Source of the DNA: Haliotis cracherodii
Lineage: Eukaryota
Assembly: GCF_022045235.1 (NCBI RefSeq)
Contig: NW_027266286.1
Coordinates: forward strand, 806,001-870,000
Direction of reading: 5' to 3'
Length of the DNA stretch: 64,000 nucleotides
Part shown: positions 39,413-51,137 of the stretch, one piece after another
Layout of the letters: every line of letters starts with the position of its first letter
How positions within the stretch are numbered: position 1 is the stretch's first letter
The notes under the pieces: model-generated
Seen by the model: only the letters and a program-made list of their open reading frames with translations
Told to the model about the DNA's origin: nothing
Database searches by the model: none
Program-made: the position numbers and the translations under genes

Positions 39413-39484
39413 ACTGTCGGGATTTACGATGTGTTTTCAAACATCATCCTGCTTCAATTTGTGAAGAAAGGGTTTCCTTCAAGA

Positions 39485-39705
39485 GTTATGATTGTGGTTT
39501 CAAATCCTGGTTTGCCCAGATTATGTTTCTAGGTTTGTCAGCACCATACCCATGCTTGTTGGTTTCATCGAAGTTGTTAATGTCGGAAACCTGCATCACT
39601 TCGGGCTTTCCTGCCACATTACGCTGACACGCCGTGATATAACTGGAATACTGTTAAAAGCGGCGTTAAACCCAACTCACTCACTCACTCACTCACTCAC
39701 TCACT
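39485..39705 (+). mobile_element. SINE family C, 5'-truncated
   Basis: gattgtggtttcaaatcc...gtttgtcagcaccataccc...gatataactggaatactgttaaaagcggcgttaaa plus (ctca)n. Confidence 0.85.
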
Positions 39706-40158
39706 ACATTGAGAGCCTCAGTTTAATCACTGTCACCCCTCAGGTCCAGGGGGATTGCGTTCATTAATTAAGCCTCGAACGTGTAGAAGTGTGGGTCCTT
39801 GTGTCAGGACCTGGGGGAACGTGATCAGTGGTAATTCCACGTACACACACACTGAACCAGACTGCACTATACTGGTCAAGCTACAGGAGATATGACCTCA
39901 GGGAAAGGGAAGGAAATGACATTTGTATGAGACTACAGAGATAATATGTTTAATTTCCTACTTTCAGCCCTGACATATTGATACATAAACACTAAACACT
40001 TGAGCACAGCAGGCTGCACCCAATGAAATCCAAACATTGATGCTCCACATACTGAAGGACTGGGATGTATCTGTAGGACCGTTGCTCTAGGGGCACAAGT
40101 TACAAGAGATAGGATTTGAAATGACTCTAGACATATGGCTACTTCTGTTATTAATTTG

Positions 40159-40416
40159 GTTTGTTTGTTGTTTAACGCCGCACTCAGCAATATTCCAGCT
40201 TTATGACAGCGGTCTATGAATAATCTAGTCTGGACCTGAAAATCCAGTGACTGACATCATGAGCATCTATCCACACAATTGGGATCGATGACATGCATCA
40301 ACCAAGTCAGCGAACCTGACCATCCAATCCCGAGTCACCTCTTACGACAAGCATAGTCGCCTTTTACGACAAGCAGGGGATGTTGAAGACATATTCTACA
40401 CGGATCTTGACGGGTC
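40159..40416 (-). mobile_element. SINE-like family A copy
   Basis: Reverse complement, full length, ending ggatcttgacgggtc. Confidence 0.9.
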
Positions 40417-40499
40417 GTTAAGTTCAAGAAACAAACTTAGAACATATGGAAAATTTATTTCAGAAATTAAACTTGGACCCTATTTAGAACACTGTCCAG

Positions 40500-40584
40500 T
40501 AAGTCGCCTCTTATGACAAACAGTCACTTTTCACGGTAAGCATGGGTTACTGAAGACCTATTCTTCCCCGGGTCTTCACGGGTC
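40500..40584 (-). mobile_element. Family A head-only fragment
   Basis: Reverse complement gacccgtgaagacccggggaagaataggtcttcagtaacccatgctt...gaggcgactta. Confidence 0.85.
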
Positions 40585-40779
40585 AACATGGTTCTGAATA
40601 ACCTTTGTAATGAATAACTTCTGTAATAAATATAAATGTATATTTACAATGCTATAGATCACCCGTTGATGCATGTTCAAAGCTGTATCACCATTATCAA
40701 CCCAGTTAATGGATCAGTGTGAACTCAATTTTCTTTCTCAACTCCTTAGGGAGTATACAACCCAAGCACTGCTAGGCTA

Positions 40780-41317
40780 TGGAGACACCACATCCTATCA
40801 GGGTTTCAGTGTTGGGCAGGGCTAAGGAGACACCGCGTCCTATCAGGGCTTCAGTGTGGGGCAGGGCTAAGGAGACACCACGTCCTATCAGGGCTTCAGT
40901 GTGGGGCAGGGCTAAGGAGACATCACGTCCTATCAGGGCTTCAGTGTTGGGCAGGGCTAAGGAGACATCACGTCATATCAGGGCTTCAGTGTGGGGCAGG
41001 GCTAAGGAGACATCACGTCATATCAGGGCTTCAGTGTTGGGCAGGGCTAAGAAGACATCACGTCCTATCAGGGCTTCAGTGTGGGGCAGGGCTAAGAAGA
41101 CATCACGTCCTATCAGGGCTTCAGTGTTGGGCAGGGCTAAGGAGACACCACGTCCTATCAGGGCTTCAGTGTGGGGCAGGGCTAAGGAGACATCACGTCC
41201 TATCAGGGCTTCAGTGTTGGGCAGGGCTAAGGAGACACCACGTCCTATCAGGGCTTCAGTGTGGGGCAGGGCTAAGGAGACATCACGTCCTATCAGGGCT
41301 TCAGTGTGGGGCAGGAC
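40780..41317. repeat. 45-bp minisatellite (~12 copies)
   Basis: Unit ggagacaccacgtcctatcagggcttcagtgtggggcagggctaa. Confidence 0.96.
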
Positions 41318-41461
41318 CAAAGCTCTAGAATCACCCATCCAAGGACTCTCCGGGACCAATGTTGCTCAACTTCACCTGATTTGTGACCTGTGACCTGTGC
41401 ACTGCGCACAGGATCATGTACAACCACCTCAAAAACTAAATAATATTTGTAATGATTTGTC

Positions 41462-42120
41462 TCTGTAATGAATACCCTCTGAATGAATAGCCGCTCCAAT
41501 GAATACCCTCTGTAATGAATACCCGCTGTAATGAATACCCTCTGTAATGAATACCCGCTGTAATGAATACCCTCTGTAATGAATACCCGCTGTAATGAAT
41601 ACCCGCTGTAATGAATACCCGCTGTAATGAATACCCTCTGTAATGAATACCCGCTGTAATGAATACCCTCTGTAATGAATACCCGCTGTAATGAATACCC
41701 TCCGAATGAATACCCGCTGTAATGAATACCCGCTGTAATGAATACCCTCCGAATGAATACCCGCTGTAATGAATACCCTATGTAATGAATACCCGCTGTA
41801 ATGAATACCCTATGTAATGAATACCCGCTGTAATGAATACCCTCTGTAATGAATACCCGCTGTAATGAATACCCTCTGTAATGTATACCCTCTGTAATGA
41901 ATACCCGCTGTAATGTATACCCTATTTAATGAATACCCTCTGTAATGAATACCCTCTGTAATGAATACCCGCTGTAATGAATACCCTCTGTAATGAATAC
42001 CCGCTGTAATGTATACCCGCTGTCATGTATACCCTCTGTAATGAATACCCGCTGTAATGAATACCCTCTGTAATGAATACCCTCTGTAATGAATACCCTC
42101 TAATAAATACTCTCTGCAAT
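41462..42120. repeat. 16-bp minisatellite
   Basis: Unit ctgtaatgaataccc(g/t). Confidence 0.96.
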
Positions 42121-42964
42121 GACCGCCAAGAAACCATCAGCTGGCTCAGGGTATAAAAAACATTGTATGTCAGAGCCACTTACTCCCCATTACATTTGAG
42201 TGAAAAATTCATGGTATTTTTTTTGGATGCCCCCAGGACAGAATCCTGTCATCCATCACAAATTAGAAGCAACAGTATTGTCTAACATTTTTTTCCACGT
42301 TTTTTTTTGGTGCAACAAAGTTTGTTTTTTCAAGAGCTAACCATTAATCACTGACAAGACCATGGTGCCGCATGTAGTGCACCCAGAGTTAAGTTTGAAT
42401 TTCTTTTGTAGGACAGTTACAAGTAATTGCTTTGTCATCTACTGTTCATGTAGCTTACCTGGACCAGGATTTGTAGTGTTCGATCCTGGTGACCTTGAAC
42501 TATTCAATATAAACAATATTTTCATATAAACCATTGTACATTTAAGTTTAAACTATTACTGACCACTAGCAACATTGAAACCATAAGAAATCTTTCTATG
42601 TACATATATCATGCTTTTATACAAAGAAAATCAAGTTTGGAAATTATATGATTGTACCAATTGCTTCTGTAATCATGATTGTACTATAGGCATGTGGCCT
42701 CCTCAGTACGTTGAATAAAGAAATTGAAAAAATTGAATATAAAACAAATACGTTTTGTTATCCAGGAACTGGGACAGCTGGTAATTGTCCCTGAGATTTA
42801 TAAACCACCTGAATCACAGAACACCTACAATCTAAACTAACATTGTACTTAGCTTCATGGTAGTTGAGTAGTTGTGGAACATCTTCAAAATATATCACAT
42901 TGACCCAGTTTATACCATTACTCAATAAATAATGAGTTGCATGCATACATATATATGTGAAAAG

Positions 42965-43291
42965 TAGGGCTGGGACGGGTAACTCGGGTACTCAGGTCGG
43001 TTGGGTACTGAGTTGTACCCAGGTACACACAGGACTACCCGGACCTGTGGTTAATCACGTGATATATCATTCAGTGGCAAAATTATGTAGAACTCCATGG
43101 TTACACTACAAGCCACTAATATTCACATTTCTTTCTGATTCTGACTGTCCACACATTCCCTCTGATTCTGAGTATCTAAATATATTTTGCCAGGTCAAAC
43201 TATTCCCAATCAGACATTTGGACCTATCTCTTGAGACGGGGTGGGTGTTGGGGGATACCCGGGTTGTTAATTTGGACTCATCCCAGGCCCA
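42965..43291 (+). mobile_element. hAT-like MITE, copy 2
   Basis: tagggctgggacgggtaactcggg...actcatcccaggccca. 8-bp TSD gtgaaaag (42957-42964) / gtgagaag (43292-43299). Confidence 0.88.
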
Positions 43292-43324
43292 GTGAGAAGC
43301 GCTAAGAATCCAATACTATAACAA

Positions 43325-43878
43325 AAGACAAGCATGGGGACCTAAATAATTGTTCCCTGGAATCCCCACAGGGAGACAAGCATGGAATCCCCACAGAGAG
43401 ACAAGTATGGGATACCGGGGACCTATTCTGCTCTGGAATTCCCACAGGGAGACAAGTATGGGATACTGCATAGGGACCTAAATAATTGTTCCCTGGAATC
43501 CCCACAGAGAGACAAGTATAGTATATGGCATGGGGACCTAAATAATTGTTCCCTGGAATCCCCACAGAGAGACAAGTATAGTATATGGCATGGGGACCTA
43601 AATAATTGTTCCCTGGAATCCCCACAGAGAGACAAGTATAGTATATGGCATGGGGACCTAAATAATTGTTCCCTGGAATCCCCACAGGGAGACAAGCATG
43701 GGAAACCGAGGACCTATTCTGCCCTGGAATCCCCACAGGGAGACAAGCATGGGATACCGAGGACCTATTCTGCCCTGGAATCCCCACAGGGAGACAAGCA
43801 TGGGATACCGTGGACCTATTCTGCCCTGGAATCCCCACCGGGAGACAAGCATGGGATACCGAGGACCTATTCTTCACA
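43325..43878 (-). repeat. 51/60-bp tandem array derived from the family A head
   Basis: Minus-strand unit ccctgtggggattccagggcagaataggtcctcggtatcccatgcttgtct aligns with cccgtgaagatccggggtagaataggtcttcagcaacccatgcttgtc and with the 22164 variant. Confidence 0.85.
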
Positions 43879-44119
43879 GATGCCAATGGCAGGAGGTGAA
43901 TCAGTACTGAGTATATATTTCTTTTAGAACAAGCCAGCAAAACCTTTTATCATATAATAGGTCGGTGTCTCGGCAGGATAAAGCCAAAAGATAAATACGA
44001 TATCAGTTGGAGTTATATGGGGATAGATATGCAAATATCAAAGGTCATATAGGGACTATTTTCACTGTTTCCAAACTAACAAGGCGTCGTCCTTGTCATT
44101 CAGCGACCGAGTCAGAATT

Positions 44120-44928
44120 ATAATCGGGAATCGGGGATAATTGCTATCATTATAAAAGAAATAGTCTACGCTACTGAAAATCAGTGTCTAACTGTGACGT
44201 AGATAAGACATTATACAAGTTTAGACAAGTTTAGATATAAATTGCGAAACAATTTAGCGACGACATTAGCCTGGCAGGATACATATCTGTGCTTGTAGAC
44301 ATCTGCAGCTTGGAACCTTTTCACCCCATTAAACCAGTTGGATTTGGTCTACATATTTCCGAATTGTTACCTTGTTTTACTTTGTCGCTGTATGTACATC
44401 TGATTGCACTTCGTAACGCTATCACAGGACAGGCAGACAGATGTCTCAAAGACAAAAGGATTAGAGTAGATTCCGTTTGAAAAGGAGAAGTTACTCTCAC
44501 GGACAGACCGATGGATTGCTGTGAAAGTAGAAACAATTTGTGCATATGTAGTTATGCAACTGTCCAGGGGCCTACTTACAAAAAGCAATCTCAGCACGCG
44601 GTGTGCAAGCGGGCCCAGGAAACAGGGTTCTGTTGGAACTATATCGGCTGTCCGACTGACACATCACTTTACTACTGACGTAATATATAATAATGCTCAC
44701 ATTCCAGGTAATGGTTTCGAGAGATGAGAAGAGATTTGTCGAGCACAGAATTGAAGAATGACATATGATAAAGAGGTTATCAAGCAAGTGTGTTTGGAGA
44801 TGATCAAATATTCCGTATTAGGAATAAACGGGATATGTATTTAGATCGCCAAATCTCCCCAAATACAATGTTTATTCCTAATACAGGATATTTACCATCC
44901 CCAAACACACTTTCGTGATCAGCTCTAG
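44120..44928. mobile_element. Non-autonomous DNA element with terminal palindrome, copy 2
   Basis: Colinear with 27625-28333, with the palindrome at ~44771-44928. The left boundary is uncertain. Confidence 0.75.
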
Positions 44929-46027
44929 GTACGCACACAACAGTGCATAAATACCTAAATTGGTTTCAAGATTCAAAAACAGTTGCCCCTGATGGTCGTG
45001 ACCGTCAGACAATATCATTATTCATAGAGTGGAATCTCTTAGATCTACAAGATTGAGAGAGGCACCTGACCAAGTCTTGGAATTGTTCATGGAGCAGAGA
45101 GTTAATTGGAGTTAGAAAGGCAGGGAGACACAGTCGTGTAACAAGAGTGCCCATGTATTTAAAATATTGATTCTGCCTTTCCCGTGTAGAAAGTGTCTTT
45201 GCTCGCCCTCTGCAGGACACGCGCTGACATCAACACAGTTCCAGTGCTGAGTCGCAGTGAAAACACTGGAGGAGATATAGGAGAGGTATTGATGGAGGTT
45301 TCATGAATTTGTGTTTCTTTTAAAGAAGTCTTTGATAGGCTCTTTTAAACAGATTATATTTCTGAATACGGATTTTAAATGCAAATTTTATAAATAATTC
45401 CTTTAGGTTTAGCGAGCATTTCATTTTCCCATTAAATTTCATTCTGGCTTTGAAAAAGTAGATTGTAGCTTGAGTTGTTGAACAATGTTTTCTGATCAAT
45501 TTGTCCCCTTTTTAGGATAATATATTTTATCCCTGTTTTAAAATATTGATTATTTTATACCCTTCAAGTGGGGTTCTCATTTCGATTGTTTATTGTTTTT
45601 TTGTACTTTACTGAAATAAAGTTTGATGCAAATTATTTCTTGTACTTCGTTAGATGTGAAGCTGAAAGTTGTTTAGTGTTGGAATGTTGGTAATTCTAAG
45701 TAAGACTCCCGTCTCCCAGTGCATGGAAGTCTCATGATGTCACAAGGAAAGTTTAGCTCACCTGATTGACACTCAAGTATGAAGCTTATTTTGTTGTGCA
45801 TCGTCCTCAATAAATGTTTCCTCATCTCTGACTCTGAATCTACATGGATGATTCCACCTGTGACATGTTTGTCATATCTGAAGGTCCTTCTCCCCATCTC
45901 TAAAACCTCGGCGCCTTGAGACATGAAGCTTTTGGGGGATGATTCCATCCGTTATGAGGTGATGTCTGAATGTCTGTCTAGTCTCCAACACAACCATCAT
46001 TGCAACCATATGGAAGCTGCTACTTTA

Positions 46028-46270
46028 ACCCGAGAAGATCCGGGATAGAATTGATCTTCAGCAACCCATGCTTGTCGTAAAAGGCGACTAACGGGATCGG
46101 GTGGTCAGGCTCGCTGACTTGGTGGATGCATGTCATTGTATCCAAATTGCCCGGAACGATGTTCATGATGTCAATCACTGGATTGTCTGGTCCAGACTCG
46201 ATTATTCACAGATTGCAGTCATATAGCTGGAATATTGGTGAGTGCGGCGTTTAACTACAAACAAACAAAA
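46028..46270 (+). mobile_element. SINE-like family A copy (single tgcttgtcgtaa..ggcgacta module)
   Basis: acccgagaagatccgggatagaattgatcttcagcaacccatgcttgtcgtaaaaggcgactaacggg...acaaacaaac. Confidence 0.93.
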
Positions 46271-46540
46271 CATTGCTCAAGTTTATACGTATTCAACATC
46301 TCCTTTGAAAGACCCGTCATTATGAAGCTGAAATTATATCTCAAAACTTGCACATATAGTATGGAAGTCACACACGTTTCATAAAATGGTTGTTCAGTGT
46401 TGATGGATCTGCCAAGCATATATTGCACAAGAGCTCCAACTCTGTGGAAAGTCCAGTGGATCACCAGCGGGAGATGACATAACGTTGTCCCAAACTGATT
46501 TAAGTGTTCCTAAGAGTGAGTGAGTGGTTTGTGTTCATAA

Positions 46541-46695
46541 GAGTGAGTGAGTGACTTGGATTTTACGCTGCGTTTAGCAATAGCACGGCAGGTGACACCA
46601 GACATGAGCTTCACACATTGTACCCTTGTCGGGAATCGAAAGCGGGTCTTCGGCATGAAGAGCGAACGCTTTAACCACTAGGCTACCCGACCGCC
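46541..46695 (-). mobile_element. tRNA-derived SINE family B
   Basis: The minus strand has A box tagcctagtgg and B box tttcgattcc, body gggtacaatgtgtgaagc, and a tail plus (ctca)n. Confidence 0.85.
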
Positions 46696-46899
46696 ACTGG
46701 AGAGTATTTGAATATCGGTTTGTGTTATTTGTGTCCACAGCTTGCAACCTAATGGCAAACAAGGTAACACTGTCCTCGCTGAGATAAGAGGGTTGTTAAC
46801 TCCCTATGGTTTCATACCTATACCCATCGGTGCTACTGAATCTGCCGCTGTTAGATTCCTGTTGACCTTGATGCCCAAGTAGGTAGTGCTTGATGTATC

Positions 46900-47260
46900 A
46901 GTTATACACCATGTTATGTCGTCTCACCTGTTATACACCAGGTTATGTCGTCTCACCTGTTATACACCAGGTTATGTCGTCTCACTGTGATACACCATGT
47001 TATGTCGTCTCACCTGTCATACACCAGGTTATGTCGTCTCACCTGTCATACACCAGGTTATGTCGTCTCACCTGTTATACACAAGGTTATGCCGTCTCAC
47101 CTGTAATACACCAGGTTATGTCGTCTCACCTGTGATACACCATGTTATGTCGTCCCGCCTGTTGTACACCAGGTTTTGTCGTCTCACCTGTTATACACCA
47201 GGTTATGTCGTCTCACCTGTGATACACCAGGTTATGTCGCCTCACCTGTTATACACCATG
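46900..47260. repeat. 29-bp minisatellite
   Basis: Unit gttatacaccaggttatgtcgtctcacct. Confidence 0.95.
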
Positions 47261-47289
47261 ACACATCTGGCGAGTGAGCGGATACTGGT

Positions 47290-47960
47290 CAATATATGTA
47301 ATTTTACACTTGGAAGGGTTTATTATTAATTTTCTCCATTCTCTGTATACATTGTCACAATGTCAAAAGATTTGGAAGACTATGCTAGCAGAGTGACATC
47401 ATCAGCTGAGTTTTCCAGTGTTGATATTTGTAATGTCGATTCCAAGGTTTGACGAGTCTAAGAGGTTTAGAAGTTTCAGCTATGTACACTAGGTGTAGAA
47501 AACGGAGAGGACGCCCCCTTGTCTGCCACCAGTGTATGACTTTGGATTGTACGCCATTTACTGCGGTAACACCAGTAAGATTACTGTTTGCATTGACAAG
47601 TAGTCGCCACGTAAGTTCACAGATTCCAATGGTATTTTGCATAAAGAACAATACAAGAAGCCCAACAGCTTCAAATGCTCGTCTGCTGTCCTGGAATGCA
47701 CTACACACACGGTTGTGATTTTCGGACTCTGTGAGATTGAATCCTGTTCCATGTTGGAACCTTGCTGCTGAGAATTTTGTAGACTGATGTTGTCCATATG
47801 GATCCATTTGATATACTTCTTATGAACCAGCTTTTCAAATAGCTTACGTATCACAGGAAGAAGGGTTATAGCCCTGTGATTTTCGGGGTCATTTTGGGGG
47901 TTTGTTTCCACCCTTGTAAATCTGTATGATGACACCAAGTTTGCATGGTGTTGATATATG
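47290..47960 (-). pseudogene. Non-LTR retrotransposon (LINE) reverse transcriptase fragment
   Basis: DPENHRAITLLPVIRKLFEK, QQQG, AFQDSRRAFE, WRLLVNANSNL..VNGVQS, ADDVTLLA and NPSKCK in shifted frames. Confidence 0.9.
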
Positions 47961-48124
47961 TCCTGTTCGCGGTATGCTGTTGTACAGCTTCCCCATCATT
48001 ACTGTTAGACGTTGTCCACCCTATACGACGTGCTCATTCTGTCAGCCAGTAGCTTTGTTCTGTTAAATGGGTTTCAACAGTTGACATTGAATCTTAGAAG
48101 GTTGACATGGAACCTAAGGTTAAT

Positions 48125-48227
48125 ATGGTGAAACCCACGAACACGGGTATTGTGCTGACAAACCTTGAATTATAATCGGGTGAACCGGGGATCGAACCCA
48201 AAATCGCGGGTTACTAAGGGACGCAAC
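48125..48227 (-). mobile_element. SINE family C fragment
   Basis: Reverse complement gagttgcgtccctt...ttgggttcgatccccggttc...gtttgtcagcacaatacccgtg. Confidence 0.7.
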
Positions 48228-48330
48228 TCCCGACATGGGTTCAATGTGTGAAGCCCATTTCTAGTGTCCCCCGTCGTGATATTGCTGGAATATTGCTAAA
48301 TGCGGCGTAAAACCATACTCACTCACTCTC
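48228..48330 (+). mobile_element. SINE family B 3' half
   Basis: catgggttcaatgtgtgaagcccatttct...gatattgctggaatattgctaaatgcggcgtaaaacc plus (ctca)n. Confidence 0.8.
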
Positions 48331-48939
48331 TCTTTTCACCGCCACTTTGTTTGGCCCTCATAACTTCGAGGTCGACATCGTGATTAATCTGTGGTCTTGT
48401 CAACTTCAGGTCAGCGTTCAATTACTCCAAACCGATTTTGACTTTGTACATTCGTTCTGTACCCCTTTGATTGATTGAGATATTCCAACAGGAAATTGCA
48501 TTTTCAAAACGAGAGCATCAACATTTGGTAATTGTAATCGCCATATATTGCTTCGCGTATGTCATCAGAAGATGGCAGCCCACATGACAACATGGCCCTG
48601 TCAGACGGAGAATTTTGGTTGTAAAGTGTTATCTTTCCATCAGTATCAGATGCTACATCTTCATTGGGATGTCAGTGAAAGTTAACAGAGATAGAGTAGC
48701 TGCCTTTTTAGGTTTTGATCACTTTTGAAACGTGGTGGCTACTTTAATATTTATACGCACTGGCTTCAGTCAGCTGTCTGGAACTATGTTAGTTATAATT
48801 ATGATGAATATTATTGTATCTGTAGGTGTGTTTATCACACAGTGTAATATGTTGTTGATATTTGTATCATGATATCGATTTGAAATCTGTAACTCGTAAC
48901 TTCAAACAGTTGATTAACTCAATTGCTCATCTTAATGGC

Positions 48940-49215
48940 AGGGTGCACGGGTGGCCCAGTCGTCTAAGGCACCGCGATTCGCTGTGCAGAGCTGCGTCCC
49001 TTGGCACGCCAAAAACCTCTGATTGTGGGTTCGAAACCCGATTCGCCCCTATTATATTTCTTGGTTTGTCAGCACCATATCCGTGCTCGTGGTTTTCACC
49101 GAAGTGGTAAACGTCTGAGACCCGCATCTCGGGCTTTCCTCCCACAATAACGGTGACACGGTGTGACATGACTGGAATACTGTTAAAAACAGTCCGAGAA
49201 AGTAACTGACTCACT
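48940..49215 (+). mobile_element. Full-length tRNA-derived SINE family C
   Basis: A box tggcccagtcgtctaaggc, B box gggttcgaaaccc, body gggctttcctcccaca and the shared tail. Confidence 0.85.
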
Positions 49216-49369
49216 CTTAATGTCAACAATGTAATATATAATGTCAACGCCACAGAACAACCAGTCTTGATTATTCGCGGTGAAAAGTATATGAATGGAT
49301 CACAGAAAATCAGTGATGATACGAGATGTAAAGGGCCATCATGTCCTGCCCTACCGACAGCGACCGCCA

Positions 49370-50983
49370 CCCACACCATTGCACCACCCACACCATTGCA
49401 CCACCCGCAACCATTGCACCACCCACACCATTGCACCACCCGCACCATTGCACCACCTGCAACCATTGCACCACCCACACCATTGCACCCCCGCACCATT
49501 GCACCACCTGCAACCATTGCACCACCCGCACCATTGCACCCCCACACCATTGCACATTGCACCGCCCGCACCATTGCACCACCCGCACCATTGCACCCCC
49601 ACACCATTGCACCACCCGCAACCATTGCACCACCCGCACCATTGCACCCCCACACCATTGCACATTGCACCGCCCGCACCATTGCACCACCCGCACCATT
49701 GCACCCCCACACCATTGCACGATTGCACCACCCGCACCATTGCACCCCCACACCATTGCACCCTTGCACCATTGCACCCCCACACCATTGCACCACCCGC
49801 ACCATTGCACCACCCGCACCATTGCACCACCCGCACCATTGTACCCCCACACCATTGTACAACCCACACCATTGCACCACCCACACCATTGCACCACCCA
49901 CACCATTGCACCACCCACACCTTTGTACCCCCACACCATTGCACCATCCGCACCATTGCACCCCCACACCATTGAACAACCCACACCATTGCACCACCCG
50001 CACCATTGGAACCCACCGCATTGCACCACCCGCACCATTGTACCCCCACACCATTGCACCCCACACCATTTCACCACCCGCACCATAGCACCCCCACAAC
50101 ATTGCACCACCCACACCATTGCACCACCCGCACCATTCGCACCATTGTACCCCCACACCATTGTACCCTCACACCATTGCACCACCCGCACCACTGCACC
50201 ACCCGCACCATTGTACCCCCCGCACCATTGTACCCCCACACCATTGCACCACCCGCACCATTCGCACCATTGCACCTCCACACCATTGCACAACCCGCAC
50301 CATTGCACCACCCGCACCATTGTACCCCCAAAACCATTGCACCACCCGCACCATTGCACCACCCGCACCATTGCACCACCCGCACCATTGCACCACCCGC
50401 ACCATTGCACCTCCGACACCATTGCACCATCCGCACCATTGCACCCCCACACCATTGAACAACCCACACCATTGCACCACCCGCACCATTGCAACCCACC
50501 CCATTGCACCACCCGCACCATTGTACCCCACACCATTGCACCCCACACCATTGCACCACCCGCACCATAGCACCCCCACACCATTGCACCACCCACACCA
50601 TTGCACCACCCGCACCATTCGCACCATTGTACCCCCACACCATTGCACCACCCACACCATTGCACCACCCGCACCATTCGCACCATTGTACCCCCACACC
50701 ATTGTACCCTCACACCATGGCACCACCCGCACCATTCGCACCATTGTACCCCCACACCATTGCACCACCCGCACCACCCGCACCATTGTACCCTCACACC
50801 ATTGCACCACCCGCACCACTGTACCCTCACACCATTGCACCACCCGCACCATTCGCACCATTGCACCTCCACACCATTGCACCACCCGCACCATTGTACC
50901 CCCAAAACCATTGCACCACCCGCACCATTGCACCACCCGCACCATTGCACCTCCGATACCATTGCACCACCCGCACCATTGCA
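49370..50983. repeat. 17-bp C-rich minisatellite (caccattgcaccacccg)n
   Basis: Direct reading. It is the source of the His/Pro and Gly/Trp/Cys ORFs in all six frames. Confidence 0.96.
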
Positions 50984-51137
50984 GAATGTTGGCTGATGCC
51001 ACACAGCAATACTCCTACCACGCGACGGTTACTCATCAATCACTTACTTGTAATTAATGACCTTACTTTGTTATTTATTACGGTCAGCCTTCCTTCAGAC
51101 GTTTGGCAACACTGGCATTACATGTTTGTGAAGGTTT

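Noticed and set aside
38321-39464. 289-358-aa repeat ORFs
   Set aside because: They are products of the 36-bp array with no unique coding flanks.
40779-41393. 204-aa basic repeat ORF (ETPRPIRASVWGRAK)n
   Set aside because: It is a 45-bp minisatellite that is also open on the opposite strand. Variation shows no clear codon-position bias.
46620-46695. tRNA gene
   Set aside because: The A/B boxes are followed by a SINE body and tail, and related degenerate copies exist elsewhere. It is a SINE head.
48560-48700. YY1-like aagatggcag and MAAHM start suggesting a first exon
   Set aside because: The frame closes after ~37 codons, no downstream exons were found, and it is embedded among TE fragments.
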